Of a stretch of DNA of 64,000 nt, positions 36,701 through 48,271 are shown piece by piece (within the stretch, counting starts at the first letter, position 1; every line of letters begins with the position of its first letter). Source of the stretch: Azolla caroliniana (lineage: Eukaryota; Plantae; Polypodiophyta). Location: contig JBHGNT010000015.1 of NCBI GenBank assembly GCA_043228905.1, forward strand, positions 1,984,001-2,048,000. Reading direction: 5' to 3'. A program made the position numbers and the translations under genes. The notes beneath the pieces are model-generated. The model was not told the origin of the DNA and did not search any database. It was given only the letters and a program-made list of their open reading frames with translations.

Positions 36701-39595
36701 GAAATGAAGCCGGAAGATAAAGCGGCGATGATCAAACTTCTCACGGAGTTTCGCGACGTATTCGCCTGGTCATACGAAGACATGCGAGGGCTGGACCCTC
36801 AATTATATCAGCATCAGATCCACTTAGGCAAGGACGCGAAACCAGTGGCGCAACGACGATACCGAATGAACCCCAACTATGCCGCCAAAGTAAAAGAGGA
36901 AATCGACAAACTCCTAAGAGTGGGCTTCATCCGGCCGGTAAAGAAAGCGACGTGGCTGAGCCCCATCGTCGTCGTCCCCAAGAAGAACGGTAAAATCCGT
37001 GTGTGTGTTGATTACAGGAAACTAAATGCCGCCACAATTACGGATGCATTCCCTCTTCCGTTCACGGACGGAGTACTGGATGCCGTCGCCGGTCATGAAG
37101 TTTATAGCTTTTTAGACGGGTACAGCGGGTACAATCAAATCCGGATGCACCCGGACGACCAGGAAAAGACAGCGTTCGTCACCGAATGGGGGGTGTTTGT
37201 GGCCGAAGTCATGATGTTCGGCCTAAAAACGGCACCAGCAACGTTCCAGCGAATCATCATGGAGATCTTCGGCGAATACATTCCTGCCTTCATGCAAGTT
37301 TTCGTGGATGATTTTGCAGTTTATAGCCGGGGAAAAGACCATTTGCAGCACCTACGGTTATGCCTTGAAAAGTGTAGGTTATACCGGCTAAGCTTAAACC
37401 CAGCAAAATGCATCTTTGGGGTTTCAAGCGGAATATTGCTGGGACACATTGTAAGTAAGGAGGGCATTGCGGTCGACCCGGACAAAGTAAACGCCATACT
37501 AGGGGCACCGGCGCCGAAAACGGCCAAAGCACTAAGCCGATTCTTAGGACAAATCCGGTGGCACAGCCGGATGCTCCGTCACTTGGCGGACTTGGCGACA
37601 CCATTACACACCGCGGTACATCGGACACCGTTCCAATGGACGGAGACGGAGGATAAGGCATACAATGCCCTGAAGGTACTTTTGTCGCAAGCACCTGTCG
37701 TACAGCCTCCGGATTGGAGCAAAGAATTTCACGTGTTCGTGGACGCGTCCGACATCGCTATTGGCAGCGCCTTAATGCAACTTACGGAGCCTAAATGGTA
37801 CCGGCCGGTATATTACGCCAGCCGGAAACTATCCCAAGCGGAGAAGAACTATTCAACGACGGAACGGGAGGCCCTGGGCATGATCTACAGTGTAACAAAG
37901 TTTCGTCACTACCTATTGGGAAGGAAGTTCTCCTTCCATGTGGATCACTCGGCGCTCCTCTACTTAGTTTCCAAGGCGTCCCTGACCGGTAAGTTGGCCC
38001 GTTGGACCTTGCTGTTGCAGGAGTTCGAATTCGAGATTTTCCACCGGCCCGGTATCCAGCATGCCGTAGCAGACTACTTGAGCCGGTTAGAGTCCGGAGA
38101 ACCAGGCGACGGAGTAGCGGATGAATTCCCGGACGCGGAGTTATTCCGTATCACCCCGGAAACGGCAGCGGACGACACGGTGGCATAAGAAGATAAATGG
38201 CTGACAAACATGCACCAGTTCCTAAGCACGGGCCTGCCACCGGAGGAAATGAACCGGGACGAGAGGAAACGACTGGCGGTGCAGAGCCGCAATTTCTGTC
38301 TGTTACGGGACACTCTCTACCACAAAGGAGCAGATGGAATATGGAGACGGGCAGTCCGTAGTGACGAGAAAGAAGTAATCTTACGGGAAGCACACTGTGG
38401 GGTTGCCGGAGGACACTATGCCGGGGAAGCGACGGCAAGAAAGGTATGGCAGAGCGGCTTATGGTGGCCCACGACGCTAAAAGATGCCGTCAAGTATGCT
38501 AAGGAATGTGACCTATGCCAACGAATGGGCCAGCCTACGGAGCAAGCACGGATGCCACACCAACCGGTACTTCCACTAGAGCCATTCCAGAAGTGGGGGT
38601 TGGATTTTGTCGGACCGTTCAAGCCACCGGCAATGAGAACGGGTAATCGTTATGTCATCGTGGCAACGGATTATTGCACTAAATGGGTGGAAGCTAAGGC
38701 CCTGAGAGACAACACCGCGTCATCCACAGCAAAATTCCTGTACGAAAACATTTGGTGCCGATATGGATGTCCGATTGAATTAATCAGCGACCAAGGAGGC
38801 CACTTCCTCGGCCAGGTAGTGGAAAGCTTAACAACGTTCTATGCCGTGGTCCATAAAAGAAGCACACCGTATTACCCACAGGCGAACGGGTTAGCAGAGT
38901 CCACCAACAAAACGCTGCAGAACATTCTCCGCAAAATTGTCAATGAAAACCGGACGGACTGGGACACAAAGCTCCATAGTGCGCTATGGGCGTACAGAAC
39001 GGCATACAAAACGAGTATCCGGACAACGCCGTTCCGGTTAGCATTCGGCTTAGAAGCGGTCATGCCGGTCGAGTTTCAGGTACCAAGCTTACGGATCCAA
39101 CTACGGGAACGGCTGAATGAAAAGAAGTCGGAGGAAATACGGCTAGCAGCACTATGCGAACTGGAGGAGCAACGGCTGGCTAGCATCCTACACATGGAAC
39201 TGGAGCAACGACGACGGAAAGCGTTCGTTGACCGTCACCGGAAAGGTAATGAGAAGATGTTCGAAATCGGAAAGCCGGTGCTAGTATTCCAAACGAGGAT
39301 GGGCAAGATGCCGGGTAAACTCCGGTTCAGATGGACAGGCCCGTATTGGCTGACACGGGAATACAACGGGTCCTATCAGATAGGGACACTTGCCGGGGAA
39401 GTACTAGGCAAGTGGGTGAATGGATTTCGACTAAAGCCCTATAAAGGACCGATGCCAAAGAACCCGTTTATGCAGCTCACCGGCACTACACCAGGAACCT
39501 GTCTGGGATCGGTACGGATCGATCCGGAAGAAAAAGATGACACGGCAACCCGTAAGGAAAACGGTCAGGGTCCGAAGGGACCTACGGATGTGTAA
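33761..39595 (+). CDS. Element B gag-pol (three CCHC knuckles, protease IDGGS, RT, RNase H, integrase); one in-frame TAA at 38186-38188
   Basis: ORFs 33761-38188 and 38210-39595 share a frame; RVCVDYRKLN, FLDGYSGYNQI, FVDDF, VDASD..YSTTERE, WGLDFVGP, SDQG, WTGPY. Confidence 0.9.
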
Positions 39596-39977
39596 GGTCA
39601 CACACCGTCATTAAAAATTTAAAAAAAAAAAATAAAAAAAATAAAAAAAATCATTAAAAATCGAGGTATGAACGGGTGTGAAAGCGAGGCGCGAAAAGGT
39701 ACGTAGTGGGCATTTAAGAGACGCCACGCTACTTAATACTAAATTGGTACACGACGTGTGCATGCTCGAAAAAGGCGCCAAAACGCACAAAGAAGAAGCA
39801 GAACGCATGGAGACCTTTTCATTTCGCGAGCCAAGAAGCACAGAAGCACCAAGACAGTGGAAGCTGAGCAAACGCGAACCTGTACGCAGAGAACCCCCGC
39901 GCTCAGAACGCTCTCTCTCTCGCTCTCACTCTCATCACCACTCTACCTCGCCATCTTCCCTCGACCTTGAAGCAGAC

Positions 39978-42650
39978 ATGGAACCACAAACGCTGTCGGA
40001 AGCGGCCAGGAAATGGTTCAGGCAAAACGGACTGGAGGGGTTCTTGGCCATCATGGAGGCACCGCCGCACAGAGAAGCCGACCGGGTCATCAAGGAGCTC
40101 GCCACAGAGGTCATCACCGAGGAAGCGATCCGCGCGCTAACAGGCCTTCCGGAGGGAGGAATCTTTCAGATCGATAACCCAACCTCGGAGCAACTCACCC
40201 GATATTTCGGTGAGTACTCTGTTGCCGGCAAAGGCTATCGGACGCAGGGCGGCGAAGATCCGCTATTCAGGGAGATAGCTCGAGTGCTCCATGAGTACGG
40301 TCACGTGTACCCCCGACCCCCTGTCATGCCAAAAAATCGGGCAGGGATGATCATAGCCACCTATGAAGGGGTCAAGGTGGACTGGCCGGTGTTGATTGCA
40401 GACGGGTTGTGCATGGCAATCGACATGGTACGAGGGAAGGACGGCAAGGAGGGCCGGAAGCTGTGGCACGCCGTAGCTCAATGGATAACATTGCTCGTGC
40501 CGCCGGTCGAGACCGTCCAGCCAAAGAAGCGGCCAAGGGTATCGGAAGGAAGCACCTCGAAGCCGGCGTCCAAACGACAGCAGCTGCTAGCGTCGAAGGC
40601 GACGAAAGGGAAGAAACGGGCCCCAGAACCGGAGGAGGTGTCACCGGTCCGACTCGTCAAGATAACCTTACGGAGACCGGGACAGAAGGAACCGGAACCC
40701 TTGACGGCACAGAAACATGCCGTGACACAGGAAGAGGAAACGGAGGAGCCAGAAGAGCACCTCCAACGACGGTCAAGAAGTAGGACCGCCGAGACAGGAG
40801 GGGAGTGGTCGTACCCGCGAGAGGCAGAAACGCCCCCAACTCAACCTGAGCAAACCACAAGGGAAGAACCGGAACCGGTGTGTAGGGAACCGGTCTTGTC
40901 GACTTCTATAGAAGAAGTCAGTCCAACGGCTCCGGAGACGGCGAGAACCGGAACTCAACAGCCGGCGAGCCCAGCCAGAGCACACGGCGGCCAAGGAGTA
41001 GAACCAGAACGGCATATGCAGGCACTCAGGCCAGACAATTCCACAGGGAATGAGCCGACCCGACCAGTACAGCAACAAGGCACCAGTAGCATGTGGCTAC
41101 GGTGGGTAGGCGAGCAAATCGCCGGAGTGGTCGAGTATATAGAGGCGGAAGAGAGAGCGCACCAGGAACGGTTGCTCGTCACAACCGTAGATCTAGAGAC
41201 GGCCCGGTCCAGAATCCGGAGCCTTGAACAAGACTTGGACAGGGTCACAAGGGAAATGGCGCAAGTGGCTTTGACAACACAAGTCCAAGCACCGGTGACT
41301 CCGGGCAATGTATAGAATAAAGCGGCAGATCAAACTGTACATAGCAATCAGACCCCGGCAACGGAAACCGTTCCGGAGAGAAATGCGGCACAAGCCCAAG
41401 AGCTTGCGGATTTAAAGGATGAGCTTGCTGCCCAAGAAGCGCTGAGGAGCCGCGAAAGAGAATTGAAGACGGCAGCGGAGGCAGAACTCAAAAAGACTGC
41501 GGAGAATCTACGCCGGGCCGAGGAGAGCTTACGGAAAGGCCACCAAGCGTACGACCGGCTCAAGGAGGAAAAGGAGAAAATGCTGCAAGAGAAGGACAAG
41601 CTCCGGAGGAACGCCGAAACAGAAGTAGAGCGCCTGAAAGAGGAACTCCGGCAGGTAAAGGACCGGGAGGACCGGAACCATCGCCAGCTCAACGGCAAGC
41701 TCAAACAAAAAACGGAGGAATTTGAGCAATTGCACCGGGAGTATAAACGGTTGCAAACGGAGCACAAGGAATGGACGGATGAGCTTCGGCAAGCAGTTGA
41801 TCGGACCGCAACCGCATTCGCCAAGGAACAAGCGGAAAACAGAAGACGGTTGGAAGAGGCGGAGAAGGTTCGGACAGAGCTCCTCAGGCAACAGCAGGCG
41901 GAAAAAGAAAGAGCGGCGGAGGTACTGCAGAGGCTGCAAACGACATATCAAGGGCAGCTGACGCGCTACAGAGAGCAGGCGGAGGATACGGCAAACCTCA
42001 TCAAGCAGTTGAAGGAGGAGCGACAAGTGGTGGAAAGTAGAGCTCAAATGGGAGCAAGTCGCATCCAAGATATAATGCGGGCCTGGTTGAACCAGACCAA
42101 GAGCTTGATTGACAACGGTTCCGTCAAATGGTGGACCAAGTGGGCCACGAACGCGGCGGAACTCCAATTGCTCCGGGCCGACGTAGAGAACCGGCGGAAG
42201 GAGGGAGATGATTGCTATATGCTGACTTCCGAAGACTTCACCGGCATAAGGGATGAGCTTGCCGAAGACTTTCAAGCCTTGGCAGAGGACCAACTAGAGC
42301 AAGTCCGGCAACTTGTAGCTCAGCTGGACGACGACAGGCTGGAGGCGCAGATCCAGTTTGAAAGCTACGAGAGGTCCCGGATCCGGGGAGAGAAAGAACG
42401 AGAACCAGTTACGGTCAACCTCAGTGATGAGGAACCGTTACTGGAAGGAGACCGGACGGGAAGCAGTCAAACGGAGCAGCCGGAGTCAGCGAAACAAACG
42501 GAGCAGCAGCAGCAAGCAGAGCAGCCGGAGCAACCTCAGTCCCAACCGCAACCACAGCAGCAGCAGCAAGCACAGCCGCAACAACCACAACCGGAAGAAC
42601 AAGCGGAAATTCTTGAACAAAGTAATTTGGACAATTTGGGTGAACAATGA
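39978..42650 (+). CDS. Element B accessory ORF3 (conserved N-terminal domain, disordered linker, coiled coil); one in-frame TAG at 41313-41315
   Basis: 39678-41315 and 41463-42650 share a frame with no other stop between them; homologous to 48476-50938 (YFGEYS, MPKxRAG, AAELQLLRAD). Confidence 0.8.
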
Positions 42651-42660
42651 AGGGGCCGAG

Positions 42661-42700
42661 AAGGGTTCGACGTACAAGGTACTGTCCCACGGGCGTGCCA
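42661..42700 (+). other. tRNA-Arg 3'-end-like sequence at the PPT position of element B
   Basis: GGGTTCGA-cgtacaaggtact-GTCCCACGGGCGTGCCA, ending 2 nt before the 3' LTR. Confidence 0.7.
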
Positions 42701-43127
42701 TGTGTTACCGGCCGGCAAGGAGTCCAAAATACGGAGTGAAGGAATTAATTAGATATGGTTGTAAATGAGCATAGTGTGGACGGACGGACTGGAAACGGTA
42801 TGCCGTTCCAGATCCGGACGGATCCCGAATAGGTGCGAGAGGCACCGTTTTGTAATACGGGCCGGAAACCTATTTAAAGGCCCGGACCCTATTGTAATGA
42901 CAGCGGATAATTAGTAGAGCTTATGTTGTTTATACTTCTGTCTTGATTTCCGTTCTGTAATCACTGTTATATCTTACGCGTGTAATTAACCAAAGCAATC
43001 TAATCGTGTAACCTACGTAAGTCGGTGTAATCGTTGAATCTTAATCCTATGCCGTAATCACCCTTTGGTGAAGTGTTTCCGTGACACCTTGTGTTAGGCC
43101 TTGTCCGGCTAAGAGAATAACAATTAC

Positions 43128-46100
43128 CTTCAGACGAAAAACAGAAGGAAGAGGTATCGTTTTACGACATTTGGGACGATATGCCTTATACTTATTCTAA
43201 GTTCCGGGAAGGAACAAATGCGGAAGCACATGTTAGGGATTTCTTAACGACATGGGAGATTAACCATGGAGCTCAGCGATTGTCGGCAGATGCCGAAGAT
43301 AAGTCAAAAATCGCTGAGTTCGTCTTATCATTAGACGGATATTCTGCCAATTGGTTTGCGCAGAACGGTCTTCAAGGATTTCCATCCTTTGAAGTGTTAA
43401 CTAGTAAATTTTTACAATTATTTCATCAACAAATTCCGCAGAAGGATTTGATTGCGCAATTTTATGCGTTATATCAAGAAAAAAATGAAACAGTATCTCA
43501 GTTTGTGATACGATTTCAGAACTTACAGCTTCAGATTTCAAGGCCGATTCCGGATAATGAATTAAAAGAAGTCTTTCTGGAAGCTGTAAAAGAACCATTA
43601 AGGACGACATTGAAAGTGTTCGATTTTCGAAATCAGACTATCGAACAAGTAATTGATAAAGCAATAGAAATGGGTCGACCACCGGTCAATGTTCAGAGTA
43701 TGGACATGTCGGCATTACACCGTACATTACCGACAATAGAGGAGTTACAATTTCGACAAGCAGTTCAATGCACCACTTGTTTAAATACGGGGCATTCGGC
43801 AATTGAATGTACGTTAAGAACACATTGTACAATATGTCATTCAAAATTACATTCAGTAGAACAATGTGAATATAATCTGCTTAATAAGACTACGGCGTCA
43901 GTACGACAAATTTTTACTGACAATGGTTACCAAAATAACACTAATCTGTTCAATGGTTATCAAAATAATAATTTTTCACAAAATCAGCAAAATGTACAAC
44001 AAAATCCGGTTCTACAGCCAAATCAGATCTTTTCACAACAAAATATGCAACCCACTCAAGTGACTCAAGCATTTCAACCAGGTTTTGCTCAATCCAACCC
44101 ACCATTCGTACAGAATCCGAATCAATATTTTCAACAAAATAATCAAAGTTTCCAACAAGGTAACCCACCATTTCAAGGGTTTCAACAGAACTGTCCGAAT
44201 GTGCAACCGAATTCTACATTTCAACCAAATCCGGCATTTCAACCGGGTAATATGACCTTTCAACATAATACTCAAACCATTCCACAAAATAATCAAATGT
44301 TTCAACAGAATAATTTTCCGCCAAATCAGGAGTTCGGGATAACACAAAATGTAGCACAACCAAATGATAATACTGAACAATTTAGGCAGAATCGGTATAA
44401 AAACAAGAGATTTTACAAACCAAAAGCTACACGTCAATACCAACAAAACCCGAGTGGTAATGAGGAGCAGCAATTTAATAACGGCCAATTTGCACATGGA
44501 GAGACCAGTGCAACATTTGTACCCACTTGTTATATTTGTCGACAACTAGGCCATTATGCTAATCAATGTCCGGTTAAAGGAAAGGGTCCAGCAGTTAATA
44601 TGGTAATACCGGAAGTTCAGCAAGTAACGACACGCAACAAAAGCAAACAATCAGAGTGGGAAATTCAGGAAGAAGTTCGGAAGGCGGCAAAAGAATGGGT
44701 TGACGAAGCAAATCAAAGTAATGTGAATCGAATGTTACAAGACAATAACATTGACCAGAACATCGCTGTACAACAGTCATTGGGGAATAAGGAACAGGAA
44801 GAAACTTGGAAACTGTTGGCTGATTGCCAAGTATCATTGCCACTTACGGGCTTACTTAAGTTAGTACCAAGGTTTACAGAAAAAGTGGCAGCATTAATTG
44901 CATATAAAGGTTCCGAACAAATAGCAGTACACTACAATCAGCCAAGTAATAACCCTTCGATCATGGATGAACAGAATCCGTCGATTAAGGTAATACTTTA
45001 CGGGCAAGAAATCGGAAATGTGATTATAGATGGAGGCTCGGGAGTTAATGTGATTAACAAAGCTACATGTGAAAAACTGGGAATCACGGAATGGGAAGCA
45101 TGTCCGTTTTGGTTACGAATGGCAGATACAAGTACGGTATGCCCGATTGGTTTGCTTCGACAACTGGATGTAATAATCGGGGGACACAGTTTTCAGATTT
45201 CGGCAGTAATTTTGCAGTTAGAAACACAGGGAGCATACCCCTTGTTATTGGGGAGACCATGGTTAAAGACAGCTAATATTAAACAAAATTGGAAACAAAA
45301 TGTGCTAACATTTAGGAAAGGAAAAACTAAGGTCAGGATTCCGACGCACAACAAAGTGACAACAAGCAAACAGAGTTTACCTGTATATGCAGAAGCAGTT
45401 AATATGATGGAAGGATTGGACGAGGAAGAAGAAAGTCAGTATTTCAATGATAATCAGAAAATCATCCCTCTATTTGAGGTAGATATTTTGCAAGCATTAA
45501 CACCATATGTAGACTCACACGAAGAAGTGCCAATAGATGAGCAAACAATGAAAGAAATACGAATGCAACAAGAAGCTACAGATAAGGAAATGAAGGTATC
45601 TCAGAGAGTGCAAGCCTCAGCATTGGAGGAGATCGATTTGGCAGGAGTAGAGGATGCTGAAAGAAAAACAGTCTTGATTGCTAGAGATTTGGCGGAAAAT
45701 GACAAATGGACATTAACAACATTACTATTACAATATAAAGATGTTTTTGCATGGTCGTTTGACGATATGAAAGGTCTGGATCCCGCTTTTTGTCAACATC
45801 AAATCAATTTGCATAAAGATGCAAAGCCAGTACAACAACGCAGGTACAGGTTGAATCCGAATTATGCTATCAAAGTAAAAGAAGAAATCGATAAACTCTT
45901 AAAAGTAGGATTTATTCGACCCGTCAAAAAATCAACATGGCTGAGTCCGATAGTAGTAGTCCCGAAAAAGAATGGGAAAATTCGCGTATGTGTGGATTAC
46001 AGAAAATTGAATGCAGGAAATACAGCTCCAGCTACATTTCAGCAGGTAATACAGGAAATATTCGGGGAATATATTCCAGCTTTCATGCAGGTGTTTTTAG

Positions 46101-48095
46101 ATGATTTTGTGGTATATAGTCGGAAAGCTGATCATTTTGAGCATTTACGGCTATGTTTAGAAAAATGTCGAAAAGGGCGTCTTAGCTTAAATCCAGCCAA
46201 ATGTGCATTCGGAGTAATGAGTGGTACGTTACTTGGGCATATTGTCAGTCAAGAAGGGATTGCAGTGGACCCAGACAAAGTTAAAGCAATTATTGAGGCA
46301 ACACCACCAACAAATGCTAAAGCTCTAAGTAGATTTTTGGATCAAATTCGGTGGCACAGTAGAATGATGAGATATCTAGCAGACATTGCTATTCCGTTAC
46401 ACACAGCAGTACACAAAGTTCCTTTTATATGGACAAGTATAGAAGAAGATGCATACGAATGTCTCAAGAAGATGCTGACAAAGGTTCCGGTAGTTCAACC
46501 ACCGGACTGGAACAAACCATTTCATGTTTTCGTCGATGCGTCGGACATTGCCATAGGCAGTGCTTTAATGCAATTATCCGAACCAAACTGGTATAGGCCG
46601 GTATACTATGCCAGTAGGAAACTTTCGTCGGCCGAAAGAAACTATTCAACAACTGAAAGAGAAGCTTTGGGAATGATATATAGTGTGAACAAATTTCGAC
46701 ATTACCTTTTGGGTAAGAAATTTACGGGTTGAGGCAGTAAAAGCACAAGAAGTGAATGAGGAAAAAGAGGATGAATGGATTTCCGAAATAACGATATTTC
46801 TATCAACAGGAATTCCGGCCGAACACATGTCGACAGATGAAAGAAAAAGAATTGCAGTACGAAGTCGAAATTTTTGTTTATTTAATGACATGTTGTATCA
46901 TAAAGGAGCGGATGGAATATGGCGAAGGGCAGTACGGAAATTTGAAAAATCAGCCATATTAACAGAGTCACATTGTGGAATTGCTGGCGGTCATTACGCA
47001 GGAGAAGCAACAGCCAGAAAAATATGGAATAGCGGGTTATGGTGGCCAACGGTGATGAAAGATGTTAACGAATACTGTAAGAAATGCGATTTGTGTCAAA
47101 GAATGGGGCAACCGACCGAAAAGGATCGAATGCCTTTTCAACCGGTTTTACCTCTTGAGCCATTTCAGAAATGGGGCTTAGATTTTGTTGGCCCATTCAA
47201 ACCAGCAGCTGCAAGAACCGGTAATCGATATATCATAATTGTGACTGACTATTGCACAAAATGGGTTGAAGCAAAAGCTCTCAGGGACAATACAGCAGCA
47301 TCCACAGCAAAATTCCTGTATGAAAATATATGGTGTCGATTCGGTTGCCCAATAGAATTGGTAAGCGATCAAGGCACTCATTTTATTAACAAGTTAATTA
47401 ACGAATTAACCAATTACTATGCCGTAGTTCATAAGAAAAGTACGCCTTACTATCCCCAAGCTAATGGATTGGCAGAATGGACAAATAAAACAATTCAAAC
47501 AATTTTAAAGAAGATAGTGAATGAAAATCGTACTGATTGGGATCAAAAGTTAAATAGTGCCTTATGGGCATATCGTACTTCGTACAAAACATCCATTAAA
47601 TCAACACCTTTCCGAATGGCATTCGGACTTGAAGCCGTTATGCCGATCGAATTTCAAATTCCGACACTTCGTATCCAAGCGACGAATAAGTTAAATGAAA
47701 TAGAATCGGAGCAGATACGCAAAGAGGCTTTATTAGTATTAGAAGAAGAACGGATTCAATCAATGTCAGCACTAGAACACAAGCAGAGACAAATCAAGGC
47801 ATTCGTAAATCGACATCGAAGGAAATCGGAAGAGCAATTCGAAATTGGGAAACCGGTATTGGTATTCCAGACGAGAATGGGACTTATGCCTGGGAAACTC
47901 CGGTATAGATGGACAGGTCCAGTATGGATAATTAATAGTAAAAATGGTACGTATCAGCTGGGATCATTAACCGGAGAGGTTTTACCGAAATGGGTAAATG
48001 GATTCCGGCTTAAACCGTATTTGGGAGATATGCCGGTAAATCCGTTTATTCAAACCGAAGAGTACAAAAAAAAAAAAAAAAAAAAAAAAAACTAA
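43128..48095 (+). pseudogene. Element A gag-pol with deletions in RT (near 46015) and RNase H (near 46727)
   Basis: Collinear with B, but KLNA-GN-TAPATFQ lacks about 64 aa of RT; frameshifting deletion after GKKFT; integrase ORF 46752-48095 is open. Confidence 0.9.
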
Positions 48096-48271
48096 CTAAC
48101 TCACTCAATAGTTCTTGTCAAATGCAGAAATACAATCTTGCCATAACTGTCTGAATCGACTATAAATAGAAAGAGGAATTGCATGATTATTAGTAAGTCG
48201 TACAACCACTACACGTAGAGTTAATACTAATTAATTCCTACATTAATAGCAATTACTATTCTTTAGTCATA

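Larger units (their letters stand above)
33290..43122 (+). mobile_element. Gypsy element B (Athila-like, GC-rich) with an extra ORF
   Basis: 420-bp LTRs at 33290-33709 and 42703-43122, identical by eye; TSD ATTAC (33285-33289, 43123-43127); PBS TGGCGACCAC 33716-33725 (tRNA-Arg-like). Confidence 0.96.

Noticed and set aside
41529-42293. Long antisense ORFs opposite coding regions of GC-rich elements
   Set aside because: Shadow ORFs expected from codon bias; not conserved in the AT-rich homolog A.
39978-42650. ORF3 as a retroviral-like envelope or a captured myosin/SMC gene
   Set aside because: No signal peptide or transmembrane stretch and no Walker A or motor motifs seen; coiled-coil similarity alone is non-specific.
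42645-42702. Self-cleaving ribozyme (hammerhead, twister, HDV) before the 3' LTR
   Set aside because: Core motifs such as CTGANGA/GAAA and the required pseudoknots were not found by eye; an Rfam scan would be needed to exclude this fully.
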